A program made the position numbers and the translations under genes. A stretch of DNA of 64,000 bases, taken from assembly GCA_034780895.1 (NCBI GenBank), contig JAUZTB010000001.1:46985925-47049924 (forward strand), given 5' to 3'. Origin of the DNA: Rhynchobatus australiae (Eukaryota). The notes below the pieces were generated by a model that searched no databases, was not told where the DNA came from, and saw nothing but the letters and a program-made list of their open reading frames with translations. Within the stretch, counting starts at the first letter, position 1; each line of letters opens with the position of its first letter. Shown here piece by piece: positions 50,433 through 61,968 of the stretch.

Positions 50433-51084
50433 CTGCAGTGAGATAGTAACATAATCATAAGCACATCATTACTATCCTGTAAGTCAATAAATGTTATAAA
50501 GTTTCTGTAACAACCAGTGGGAAAAAAATGATGAGGCTATAAAGTGTAATTTAAATGAAAAAATATATTTATGTCTCATACATAATATGTATAATGTATA
50601 TTATGTATGAAAATATGTACAAAAATGATGAAAATGGTACCTTAATTACTTTGATATACTAAACAAAGGTTTATTCATGCGACCAAAGGAAAATTAACAT
50701 GAAAAAAGGTGTATTAGGTTAGAATGAGTAAAATATATAACCATACAATTTGAATAGTTTATAGAAGTCCTTGCCTTATGAAATATAATGAAAAATGATT
50801 TTAATTCATTCATAGTTCTGTTAATAGCAACATTAAAGCAATTTAAGACAATTTTTCTTTGGAAGTCATTGGACTACATGGACCAAACACAAGCAACAAA
50901 CATGAATTTTAGACTTCACACTGTTGACTACAATACTTCATGCACACAAATATAACTTGCATTGCCAGGTGAGACAAGTACACTTAACAAAGATGAACAC
51001 ATACAACATCAAGGAACATTGATCCATTTTCCAAAGCACAAGATATGAACAATCAGTTTGGCAGATGTGCAGCAGTCCTCTCAC

Positions 51085-53324
51085 CTCGTCGTTTGAAAGG
51101 CTTTGAAGGAGTTTCAACTGCACCTTCATACAGTTCGTCATCATCTTCACACTCCCAATCAACCGATGAGCCACCTTCCTCTTCAGTTAGTTCTGATTCC
51201 CAATCTTCTTTGTCCCGTAATTCTTCTATTGATATTTCTTCTGATTCCACTTCATAGTCTTCTGATGATGATACTATTTCAGAAGGAACTTTCTTCATGC
51301 GCACCATTTCTTGCTCTTTTTCTGCTATACTCTCTTTGCCAGCTTTAAGGTGTGCAACATCCTTAGGAGTGAGTACTTTCTTTACAGGCATTTTCTGTGG
51401 CTTTTCTTCTACTACAACTTCCTTTGAGGGAACCTTCTTCAATTCTATGTGATCCTTTTGATCTTCCAAAACAGGAATTTTTCCCTTCCCAGTTTTATGA
51501 TGTACTGTATCAGTCAAATCTCTAGGAGTCAGTACTTTCTTTATTGGTATTTTCTGTAGCTTTTCTTCCACAGCAACACCTTTTGAAGAGACCTTCTTCA
51601 ATTCTACATGATCTTTTACTGTTTCTGACACTGGGCCTTTTCCATTTTCAGTTTTAAGGTGTGGAACATCAGGTAAATCTCTTGGGGTCAGTACTTTCTT
51701 CACNNNNNNNNNNNNNNNNNNNNNNNNNNNNNNNNNNNNNNNNNNNNNNNNNNNNNNNNNNNNNNNNNNNNNNNNNNNNNNNNNNNNNNNNNNNNNNNNN
51801 NNNCAGTACTTTCTTCACGGGTATTTTCTGTATCTTTTCTTCTACCACTATGTCTCTTGATGGGACTTTCTTCAGCTCCAAATGATCTTTTTGTTCCTCC
51901 TGTTCCTGTAAAACTGTGGATTTCTTTTTGTCAATTTTAGTACCTGCAATTGGTTTTTCTTCTTTAGAAACTGCCGTAAGCTTTTCAGACAGTTTGTCAA
52001 TCTTTTGTGGTTCTTTTTCACCTAATGCTTCTCCTTTTAAAGGAATATTTTTCGGGAGGACTATTTCTTGTTCTTCTTTTGGAACAGGAACTTTCCCTTT
52101 ACTAATCTTTAAAGGAATTTCATCTTTTTTTTCTTTAGAGGGAACCATTTTTTTTTCAGGTAATACCTTAGGAACACCAATCTCTCCTGCAGTGAATTCA
52201 GGAACTCTTTTTGATGGAGTTGTTTCTGAAACAATCTCCCTGGGTACTCCCTCAATTGGAAAAACTTCTATAACTTTGGATTTTCCTTCTTCAGGAGATA
52301 GTTCACTTCTTGGTTTGTGAATAATTTTGGGAAGGTCAGTTTTTGTGAGATAAGNNNNNNNNNNNNNNNNNNNNNNNNNNNNNNNNNNNNNNNNNNNNNN
52401 NNNNNNNNNNNNNNNNNNNNNNNNNNNNNNNNNNNNNNNNNNNNNNNNNNNNNNGGTCAGTTTTTGTGAGATAAGGATGTTCTGTTTTCTCCCCAACAGG
52501 CTGAGGAAGTGTACTACTTTTTCTCAATGTCACATGCTTTTCTTCTTCTTCCTGTTCTACAGGTAATTTATCAGGCTTTGTCAGTGGAAAGGTGTTCTCC
52601 TCCTCTGCACCAGGAACCTTAGCCTGCTTTATTGACTTTTTTTCCTTATCACCTATCTTCATAGGAACTGCTTTTGATTTGGTTACAAACACAGGCTTCT
52701 CCTTACTTTTGTCAGTTTTAGGAACAAGATCAACCTTTTCCACTGTTATTTGTTTCTCTATAACTTTTTCATCAACGTGCATTTCATTAAGTTTCTTTGA
52801 CACACTGTGTTTTTCTTCTAAAGCTTCTTTTTTAGGAATTATCTCAAGCTTTTTGAATTGCACTTTATCTGCTTCTTCCTCTTGTTTGGGGATGTAATCG
52901 AGTTTCTTTAGTGCAACTGGCTCTTTATCCACTTCCTTGGGTGGTACCCTACTATCTATTTTTGGTAATATTTTGCATGTTTCATCCTTTTCAAGGGAGA
53001 TTTTCTCTTTGTCTACTTTAGGAATCTCATCAACCAACTGTAAAACTATATCTCTTTTTGTTTCTATCTCTTCTAATATTATACCTGGTTTCTTTGGCAA
53101 TGTGTAATATTCATCAGTTTCAATTTCTTTAGGGCTTTCAGTAGATTTCCTGAGTTTTAACCCTATTTCTTTGTCATCTTCTTTATGGGATCTCGCTTCT
53201 TCATCTTTCACTTTCTCAGGAACCTTACTACGTTTCTTCAATATTGAAATTTCTCTATCTTCTATTTCTTTTGGAATTTGGACTGTAGGTTTTAGTTTCA
53301 AAGATGGCTTGGATTGTTCTGCAG
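51085..53324 (-). CDS. ttn: Giant PEVK-like titin exon (about 2004 nt after closing two overlapping gaps)
   Basis: tag acceptor at 53325-53327, GTGAGA donor at 51079-51084; K/E/P/V-rich open frame; phase 1-1. Confidence 0.85.
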
Positions 53325-53716
53325 CTATAAAGGTTTCATATTCAATTTAGTGACACATCAACAAAGACTTTTGCAATCCCCTAAAAGAACAGTCTAACAT
53401 CAAAACAAAACAAGTTATAGTCTCCAAACCACATTGGTGTTCACCAAATAAAAGCACACAGTGAAACTTTTCCATAGTCAACATAATTTTAAAATAAACA
53501 CATTAACAGAAAGAATCACAAGACAAGTTACATGACTTGTAACTATTTTAGTAGACTGAAGAGACAAATTGATACAACTAGAACACAACATTTAGGATCT
53601 AGTGGAAATCTATAAATTTAAATTTAGTGCACAAATCTGAACAGAGAATGTACATTAATATATTACAGAGTTAAATACTTTAAAATTTAAGCACAATAGG
53701 ATATGAGAAATTGTAC

Positions 53717-53794
53717 CTTTAACAGGTTTCTTGACTGGCCCTGGTGTAGTGATGGGAAGTGTAGTAATAGGCACTTCTTCAGCTTCTGGCTCTT
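53717..53794 (-). CDS. ttn: Titin PEVK exon (5' end in N gap)
   Basis: EPEAEEVPITTLPITTPGPVKKPVK; AAG|GTAC donor. Confidence 0.8.
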
Positions 53795-54473
53795 NNNNNN
53801 NNNNNNNNNNNNNNNNNNNNNNNNNNNNNNNNNNNNNNNNNNNNNNNNNNNNNNNNNNNNNNNNNNNNNNNNNNNNNNNNNNNNNNNNNNNNNNNNNNNN
53901 NNNNNNNNNNNNNNNNNNNNNNNNNNNNNNNNNTCTCAGAACTATTTTGACTTGCACTTCCCTTCTATCATTCCATTATTAGGAATTTAAACATATTGCA
54001 TGGTAGGTCAATTAAAAAGTAACCTTTTAAAAAAATATCCTTGGTTAATTAGAATACTTAACTATTTTCTGCTGTGGAGAAAGAATGACTTTCATTGAGG
54101 CCAGACAGCACAAATAAAAAAATAAAATTGGAAAAGTAAATCAAATTAAAGTCATATAGCTTATTAAATGTCTCCAATAACTAACTACCCCAAATTTTCA
54201 AAGTAGTAATCAAAGAGATTAGGAATTGAATTCCAATTTCAAAGCTATTATATAACATTTCCATTTATTATAAAATTTAATTACAAATTAGACTATAAAA
54301 ATGACTCCTGATGGTAAAATGAAAATGAGGTACAGTTGAGTTAATGAATAACATAAAATGAAAAGCAAGCATTGTTAACTGAGCAATGAAATGAGGAAAT
54401 GCGATGAAATGTAGAAAGTTGCATGGATTTTGCACCAGTGACACAAGATGATGGGTGACACTCATTTGTGTAC

Positions 54474-54554
54474 CTTCCTCTGATTCCAAATCTTGTTTCA
54501 CTGGAGCAGTGACTAGATCACCTGTAGGTTCAATCTTCTCAGCAACTGTAGTAA
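54474..54554 (-). CDS. ttn: Titin 81-nt PEVK repeat exon
   Basis: ttgaag|TT ACT ACA...GAA G|gtac; TTVAEKIEPTGDLVTAPVKQDLESEE. Confidence 0.78.
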
Positions 54555-55494
54555 CTTCAAAAAATATTTTTGTTCAAATGTTTAGTTTTTGTACAAATGA
54601 TCTAAATCACNNNNNNNNNNACTCAGTTATTAACAATGTTCCAAAAGTATTTTTGGTGCTTTTGGAACATTATTAATAAAGGTCATTTGAATGGCCTTTT
54701 CTTAATTTTCCTTTAAAGATTTAATAAGCAACATTTGAGTGTTAATTATTTATATATTTTAAATATTCATACACAAGTAAAGATAATAGTTTAAATAATG
54801 ACAAAGATATAACAACAAAAATTGAAAAATCATCCAAAAGATGACATTAATGTTCAATCTGATCTTAGTTGGGCAAGAAATAAGAAGCTTTCTGTACAGT
54901 CTTACCTCCTATGCAATCTTATCTAATCTCCAGTCTTGGCCTATGTAAACCAATGTTTAAATTATATTCTGGTAGCTGGTAGTATATCTTTACTGAGAGA
55001 GACTCTTCACCTAACAATCAGCAACAATTAGATAACTTCTATTTAGATAGTATGGGTTTTGTGAAATATTCCAAAAAATACTCCAAAAATTTGTAAACTT
55101 TTGTACTCCATAACAAATGTCAATAACATGATGCAAACCAAGACAAGAAAGAAGAGAACTAGTNNNNNNNNNNNNNNNNNNNNNNNNNNNNNNNNNNNNN
55201 NNNNNNNNNNNNNNNNNNNNNNNNNNNNNNNNNNNNNNNNNNNNNNNNNNNNNNNNNNNNNNNNNNNNNNNNNNNNNNNNNNNNNNNNNNNNNNNNNNNN
55301 NNNNNNNNNNNNNNNNNNNNNNNNNNNNNNNNNNNNNNNNNNNNNNNNNNNNNNNNNNNNNNNNNNNNNNNNNNNNNNNNNNNNNNNNNNNNNNNNNNNN
55401 NNNNNNNNNNNNNNNNNNNNNNNNNNNNNNNNNNNNNNNNNNNNNNNNNNNNNNNNNNNNNNNNNNNNNNNNNNNNNNNNNNNNNNNNNNNNNN

Positions 55495-55821
55495 CATCAG
55501 CTTCAACAGTTTCATATAAAAGCTCCTCATCAGTTTCAACTATTTCTTCAGGTGAAATTATCTTTTCCATCTGAACAGTTTCTTCAAGTAATATCACCTC
55601 ATCAGGCTCTGCAGTTTCTTCATGTAAAATGGATTCATCAACTGTGACAATTTCTTCAGTTAAAATGTTCTCATCAGTCTCAACAACCTCCTTGGTTAAA
55701 ATAGTGTCATCAACTTGATCAGTTCCTTTGTATGGAATCCCCTCATCAGACTCAATAATCTCTTCACCATAAATTATTTTTTCAACTTCTGCAGTTTCTC
55801 CATGTAAAACCTTCTTGAAAG
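55495..55821 (-). CDS. ttn: Titin E-rich PEVK exon (3' end in N gap)
   Basis: ctgaag acceptor; FKKVLHGETAEVEK...12-aa acidic repeats. Confidence 0.8.
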
Positions 55822-56162
55822 CTTCAGAGTTTGAAGAAAACATTTCATAATTTTAGTTCAAAGTTTAAAAGAATATTGTTAAGATGAAAAGAGTATGAAG
55901 CAAACAAACCTTACCACATTAAATGAAGCAATATTTTTTACAAAAATGGTTACAAATATCAAGACACAAAAATAGACAAGACTGTCACAAGACGAATAAG
56001 AAGACAATAAGAAAGCAAGAAACAGAGAAGATCATGATATAAAAGGTTACAGCATGTAAATGGAACACACTGATTAATGGATGAAGTCCATGGCACATTG
56101 AGATTATCAACAGTAATACATGTTGTAAGATTATGTAGACGAAGAAACTGTTACTTCAGTAC

Positions 56163-56243
56163 CTTTTACTGCAATAACCTTGGTTTCTGCAAAGGTGATT
56201 GGAGCAACCTTTTCAGGCATGTGTTTTCTGGCAACTTCAGACA
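56163..56243 (-). CDS. ttn: Titin 81-nt PEVK repeat exon
   Basis: tttaaag|TG TCT GAA...AAA G|gtac; SEVARKHMPEKVAPITFAETKVIAVK. Confidence 0.82.
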
Positions 56244-59200
56244 CTTTAAAGACATTATTAGAACTGTTGTAAGCTACACTCAAGAATTTTCTTTTAACAG
56301 GAAAACATAACAGTAAAAAATATGCCTTCTGAAATTATATATGAGTCTCAAAGCCAAAAGAGGCACTTGGCCCAACACTGCTATTCTGATCCTTACACCA
56401 CACACAAGCCTCTCCCTTCCCTAGTTCATCTAATTCCATCTGCATATAAATCAATTCCTTTCTCCCTTTACTTAAATAGCTATCCAAAATACAACATGAT
56501 TTGTTTCAACCTCTCAATTCAGTAGCAAGTTCTGTATTATGTAACTAAAGATTTTTTTCTTTTGAATATTTTAGTGGATTCATTTGTGACTATCTCATAT
56601 TTGTATCCTATAGGTTTTAATTCTCTTACTATTGTAAATATATTCTCTATGTCAGTCCTATCAAACCTTTAGAAATACCATAAAATTTAATTAGGTTACC
56701 CATCATTTTTCTCTTCTCTAAAGTCCTTCCCAACAGTTGGAACTCCTCAGTTCTATTTTCATCCTCCTAAACCTTTTTTGAAACTTTGGTACCTCCTTTT
56801 CTAGTGGAATTATGGACTGTATTCCAAAGGGCAGTCTACCAAAGTTTTTATATAAGCTTAACAACACATATCAGATTTTCAATTTAATTCCACTAAAATA
56901 AAAAATTGTGTTTGTTTGCATTTTTGAGGCAATGTTCTGCATTCCTACATAACTGAACTGTGTACCACCAACAATAAGTAATTGTTTCTCTTACAAGTAG
57001 CCACATATTTTGTGTGCTAACAGAGATATTATCTTGGATAATTAATATAAACAGTTGGATTTGATCAAAAATGGAATTGACTGTAATGTAGTGACTATTT
57101 CTTAGTAAAAGACGTATTTAGTAGATGTTCACACTGATTGCAGTTTGATGCTGAGTTGAGTTTCAGGCACATATCTTCTCAATTATAACTCAAATTAACT
57201 CAATCCACAAAACACTGCCAGTCTCCAACCCAATGTTACACCATCTCTTGTGTATATCTGCACCACCTTCAGACCCATCTATTCTAAGGCTGTCATTTTT
57301 GTCCTCCCATCTTACATCCTCTGCCTTGGATAATTGCGCTACATGTTTTCTGCTCATACAAAGCCTTATGTAACCAGCATTTCTTTCCCTGTTGATTTGT
57401 ATTAATTGGACATTCCAATGCTTTGAACTTAAAATCTAAGCTGTTGAATTTCTCCAAAGCTTCACCAGTTCTTTACTATAACATTGATAGAAACTTCACT
57501 CATTCACACAATGAACAATTTTCCATTATAGTTAAAGCCCTGGCTCATAGAATGGTCTGAGAAAATTCACCATATACAGTATATTCCCTCAAAGTGCCAT
57601 AACCAATATTTCTAATTCATTTCAGCTCCATAGTCTCCCAACTGAAGAATAACTTTTTCTTGCATGATTCCTTCAGTTATCTAGAGCCTACTCCTGGGAA
57701 TTGACCCCATAAGCTCTCAAACTCCACCTCTTCTAATCACTTTTTCCAACCATCTTTGCTCACTACTTTCCCTTATGGGTCAATGTCTATACTTAATCCA
57801 AAATGAAATGCGGCTTAGGATATCTCCTATTTTAAATCTGTTTACAAATGTATGTTAATGCTCACACCTACACATTTATATTCATTCAATGTTGCACATA
57901 CATTTACAATGCATGAAGATATTTCCTGAAACACAACACTATAATAGTAATAGACAGGATAAGACATAAAGTACATAACTATAAATATAACAGATAAAGT
58001 CAAACAAATAAACCAGCATAACACTGGTACTACTAAAAGAACTAAAAGAATATTAATCCAAAGGTGTGAAGTTCCCAGGCAGATCATGAAGAGGATTTCT
58101 CTCTACAAGAGATAAGTTGTTGCCCTTACTTTAACTGTCTCTCAATCCAATTTTTGGCAGAAATACGAGGTAAAAATTTTCCCGGGTTAATAGTTAATAT
58201 AATTCACACCAGCCTTTGTTGACAGAATAAGGTAGTTGTAACTTGATGTCCATATAAAAAGTTGGCAAATTTGGTCATATCATTTTCAATCACTTTAAAG
58301 AATATCAGGCAGAAATTCATTCTCCACTGTTTGTGCTAAAGGGAGAATGTAGTAGGGGTTGCTCATTTAACTGCTTCTCAAAATTTGGCTCCACTGAAGT
58401 CAATGGAAATGAATTTCATAATTGAAATACAATGCACACCTGGATGAATTTGTACCCCGATTTCATTCTCAATCCATACTTCCCATAATCAGAAAATAGG
58501 TTACACCAAATAACAGGCAAACAATTAGCACAACATATATAAAGCTGCTTTTTCAACCACCATTATATCTTATGGTAAATAATATTATGATGGCATTTAA
58601 AAAGATTGTATAATGCTTTGTAAAGAAAATCTTATTCAGAATTAATTAAGAAGTGATCAATCAAAAAATTAAATGAATAACTAGTAAACATCAGAAAAAT
58701 AACTATAACTTTTAAAATGAGATAGTTTAGCATACTGCAATAATATTTAATAATGCATAATGTTTAAAGAATGCAATGTAGTATTATTGTTTGCTATTGT
58801 GAACCTATGTAACTAAATATCACTACATTTCTGAAAAATGCCAGAATATTCCATAGGAATAGGAGAAGGCCCCATTAATTCCTTAAATCTGTTCTGCCAA
58901 TCAATAAATTTGTGCTGTCTGATTTCAGACCTAACTTCATATTTTTGTTGTCCATAAACTCTAATGAACAAAATCACAATTGGCTTTGATCAATTACTAT
59001 TTGCAGACTTTTATCAAGCTCTATGTGTGGAAATGTTCCTGTGTTGAATTTTTTTGTCCCTCGTTTCTTTTCATACAATATTTTGTAGCTCTTACTATCA
59101 TTTTCATCTTTTATTGTTTTTGTATCTTTCCCTGTCATTGGCATCTCTGCCTAATTTTGTAATTTTTATGCTTTTTCTTTTATATCTATGTGATTCTATG

Positions 59201-59789
59201 TCCTTTAGAAATCAATTCCTGACATTGTGATATTAACTGGATCAGTATCACATTAAATTATTATCGGAATATCAATTACTCATCTTCTGTTATTTTAGCC
59301 ATTATCACTTAAAACTACTTATTCAGCAATATGGTCCTGTTCTGCAACTTAGATCTGCTCATTTTGCTGGCTATGGCATCCATTCAACTTTGATGGAAAC
59401 TTATACAACTCATCACTTCATTACACTAATTGAACCCTGATTGGATTTTATTTCAAGCTTGAGTGGAAAACATTTTAGCCTGTTGTTAGCAGCCTGTAAA
59501 ATAAAATGTCTCTCAAAGGCAAGTAGAATTCTTTCTTTTGGAGGATCAGACTTCCTCCACTCCACCCAAGTGCCTCTAAATTAAAAACTGACCTGCTATT
59601 TTGTTATTGTTTCACTTTTATGAACGTTAATATAATGGGGTTGTCAGGCAACTGCAGGGATGCATTTTTCAACTTTTAGTTTTCAGAATACATTTAAAAT
59701 TTACATTGTTGAAGAGAATAGCTCTGCTTATATTTAAGCACAAAGCTCTCCCTTGGTGAGATTCATAGCCAATCAGTATAAACTAGATT

Positions 59790-60800
59790 GAAAAGCAAAA
59801 AACACCATATGCTGGAAATCAGAATTGAAAACAAAAACACAAGTAATACTCAGCAAGTCAGGCAGCAGTTATCGAGAGAGAAACAAAGTTAATGTTTCAG
59901 GTGGATGATCTTTCATCAGAACAAGGGAAAGCCATAAATGCTCTAAATTGCAGAAAAAGAGGTTGCTTTAAGTTTTCATTCCACTCTGACCTACACTGTT
60001 CCAAGGAAGCCCAATGTATGTTCAATGAACAGCATCTGATCCTCCCAACAGATACATTAAAGCTATCAAGACTCAACAATAAATTCAACCATTTCAAATA
60101 TATGCCTTGAAATATATGGATGAAAGATCGTTAACCTGTATTGTTATCTCAAGCTTTCTCTCTCCACGGATGCTGTCAGATCTGCTGGATATTTCCAATA
60201 CTTTCATTTATTTCACAGCAGTGTTCTGTATTTCACAGCTCCAGCAGTGCTTTTTTTCCCCAGTCTCCTCTATCCTTTTTCATCTCCTTCTATTTATATC
60301 AGGGAGATCATTTGCAATTAACAAACTTTCTTCACATTGTTTCAGCCAGCAGCACTACATATTCTCTCTTGGTCTCCAGCCTTTCACAAACATGCCCTTT
60401 GTTCTCTCCACCTTCCCTCTTTCTCTGAAACTTGTTCAATTTCTATCCTTTCCTAATTCAGATGATAAGACAACATAAACCATTACCTCAGTTTCTTTCT
60501 CTACAAATGCTGTCTGACCTGCTGAGTATTTCCAACATTTTCTGTATTGATCTGAGATTTTCAGATACAAGATCTTTCAATCTTAGACAAATATTTTATG
60601 CCCAGTATGTTGTCATCATAATATATGCTTTTTTCAATGTAAATAGAGATTTTAATACTGAAATATTGAGTTACTTTTAGTCTTGATGAAAGGTTGTTGA
60701 CCTGAAGAAAATAACCTTCACTTTTCACAGATGCTGTCTGACCTGGTGGGTGTTTTCAGCAATTTCTGTTTTTCATCTGAGATTTGCATATCTGCAATAT
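59790..60800. mobile_element. Cluster of Penelope-like remnants (inverted pLTR, GIY-YIG tail, further pLTR copies)
   Basis: 59973-60100 plus translates HSDLHCSKEAQCMFNEQHLIL...LNNKFNHF; minus copy at about 59790-59922; plus copies at about 60118, 60460 and 60683. Confidence 0.7.
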
Positions 60801-61184
60801 CTTATTTGTGTATATTTCATGATAATCATTTTCTTAATGATTCTAGATTAATTAGTTAATAGATTAATATGATTAACTTGATTATAGATCAATTCCATTC
60901 TTGGTAAATTTTCGTTTCTCAGGCCTTCATATTCAAATACATTTCTTGTGTTCTCTGAGATGAAATTAAGGTAATCAAAAAATATATTCTGAACATTTTC
61001 TCAAAGCAGCTATTATATAGTTTGTGACAAGCGATAAAGGTTTTAAACATTTTAAGACAACATAAGTAATAGCAATTACACATTACTAACATGTAAACAA
61101 AAGAATTCAAACCAGCCAAGCACTGGTGGAGTTCAGAGGGAAAAAGAGTGTTTATATTAGCACATTTATGTGCTGTTTCTGTAC

Positions 61185-61268
61185 CTTTTCTATCCTTTTC
61201 CGGAATGGGTAGGACTGTTTTAGAAACAGTGATAAGTGCAGGTTCAGCCTTCTTGACAACTTCAGGTA
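61185..61268 (-). CDS. ttn: Titin 84-nt PEVK repeat exon
   Basis: ttgaag|TA CCT GAA GTT...AAA G|gtac; PEVVKKAEPALITVSKTVLPIPEKDRK. Confidence 0.85.
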
Positions 61269-61922
61269 CTTCAAATATTATTTTTCAGACAAATTTTAAC
61301 ATTGAATATTCAGTAAGACAAACAGAAGTAGTCAAACAAAGCACAGACAACAGAATAAACAAACAGACAGAAAAAGAAATTGTTTAGCATGACCTGAAAA
61401 GTTAACTTCTAGATTTGAGGGAACATTATATTTATCTATATTCAGAGATGTTTTTAAAATTTGCTAAGTAAAACAAACAAAGATTGCTTTATAATTTAAT
61501 AAAATTTAGACAATCCAACAAGCAAATCTGAAGGGTTGGATAAATAGATATTTTCCCTTCATTTCTGGAACCTTATTTCAAATGGAAAATGGACTCAATG
61601 AATGGAAAACTGATATTCCTCTCAGATCGAACATCAAACAAGGTTGGAACAGTTTTAATCCACTTCTTCATAATTATTGTACCTGAGTGCAGAACTCCCA
61701 TTTATTAGCTCTAAGTTGTTAATCTGATCCAGAGTTTAAAATATATTTATAGTGATATTAATTTTAAAACTCCAAGGTCATTGCTGAGTGAACATATAGC
61801 AACACTGGAAGCTGATTATAAATGCAACAAATGGTGTATAATTGGTGATGAATAACCCAACACTAGTCTTGTGTGCTTGCCGTGGTTCAGTTTTGCCCCA
61901 CTTTGCAGGTATGTTGTTTTAC

Positions 61923-61968
61923 CTTCTTCCGGTGCAGGTTTCTCAACTTTTCTTGGAACAGACACTGG
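61923..61968 (-). CDS. ttn: Titin PEVK exon, 3' part (rest in N gap)
   Basis: PVSVPRKVEKPAPEE; AAG|GTAAA donor. Confidence 0.75.

Noticed and set aside
50576-50610. 13-bp AT-rich inverted repeat
   Set aside because: Low-complexity AT sequence with no sign of function
51053-53301. Three separate ORFs suggesting a nested gene or frameshifts
   Set aside because: They join into one frame when duplicated gap flanks are collapsed, and the unit is bounded by titin-phase splice sites
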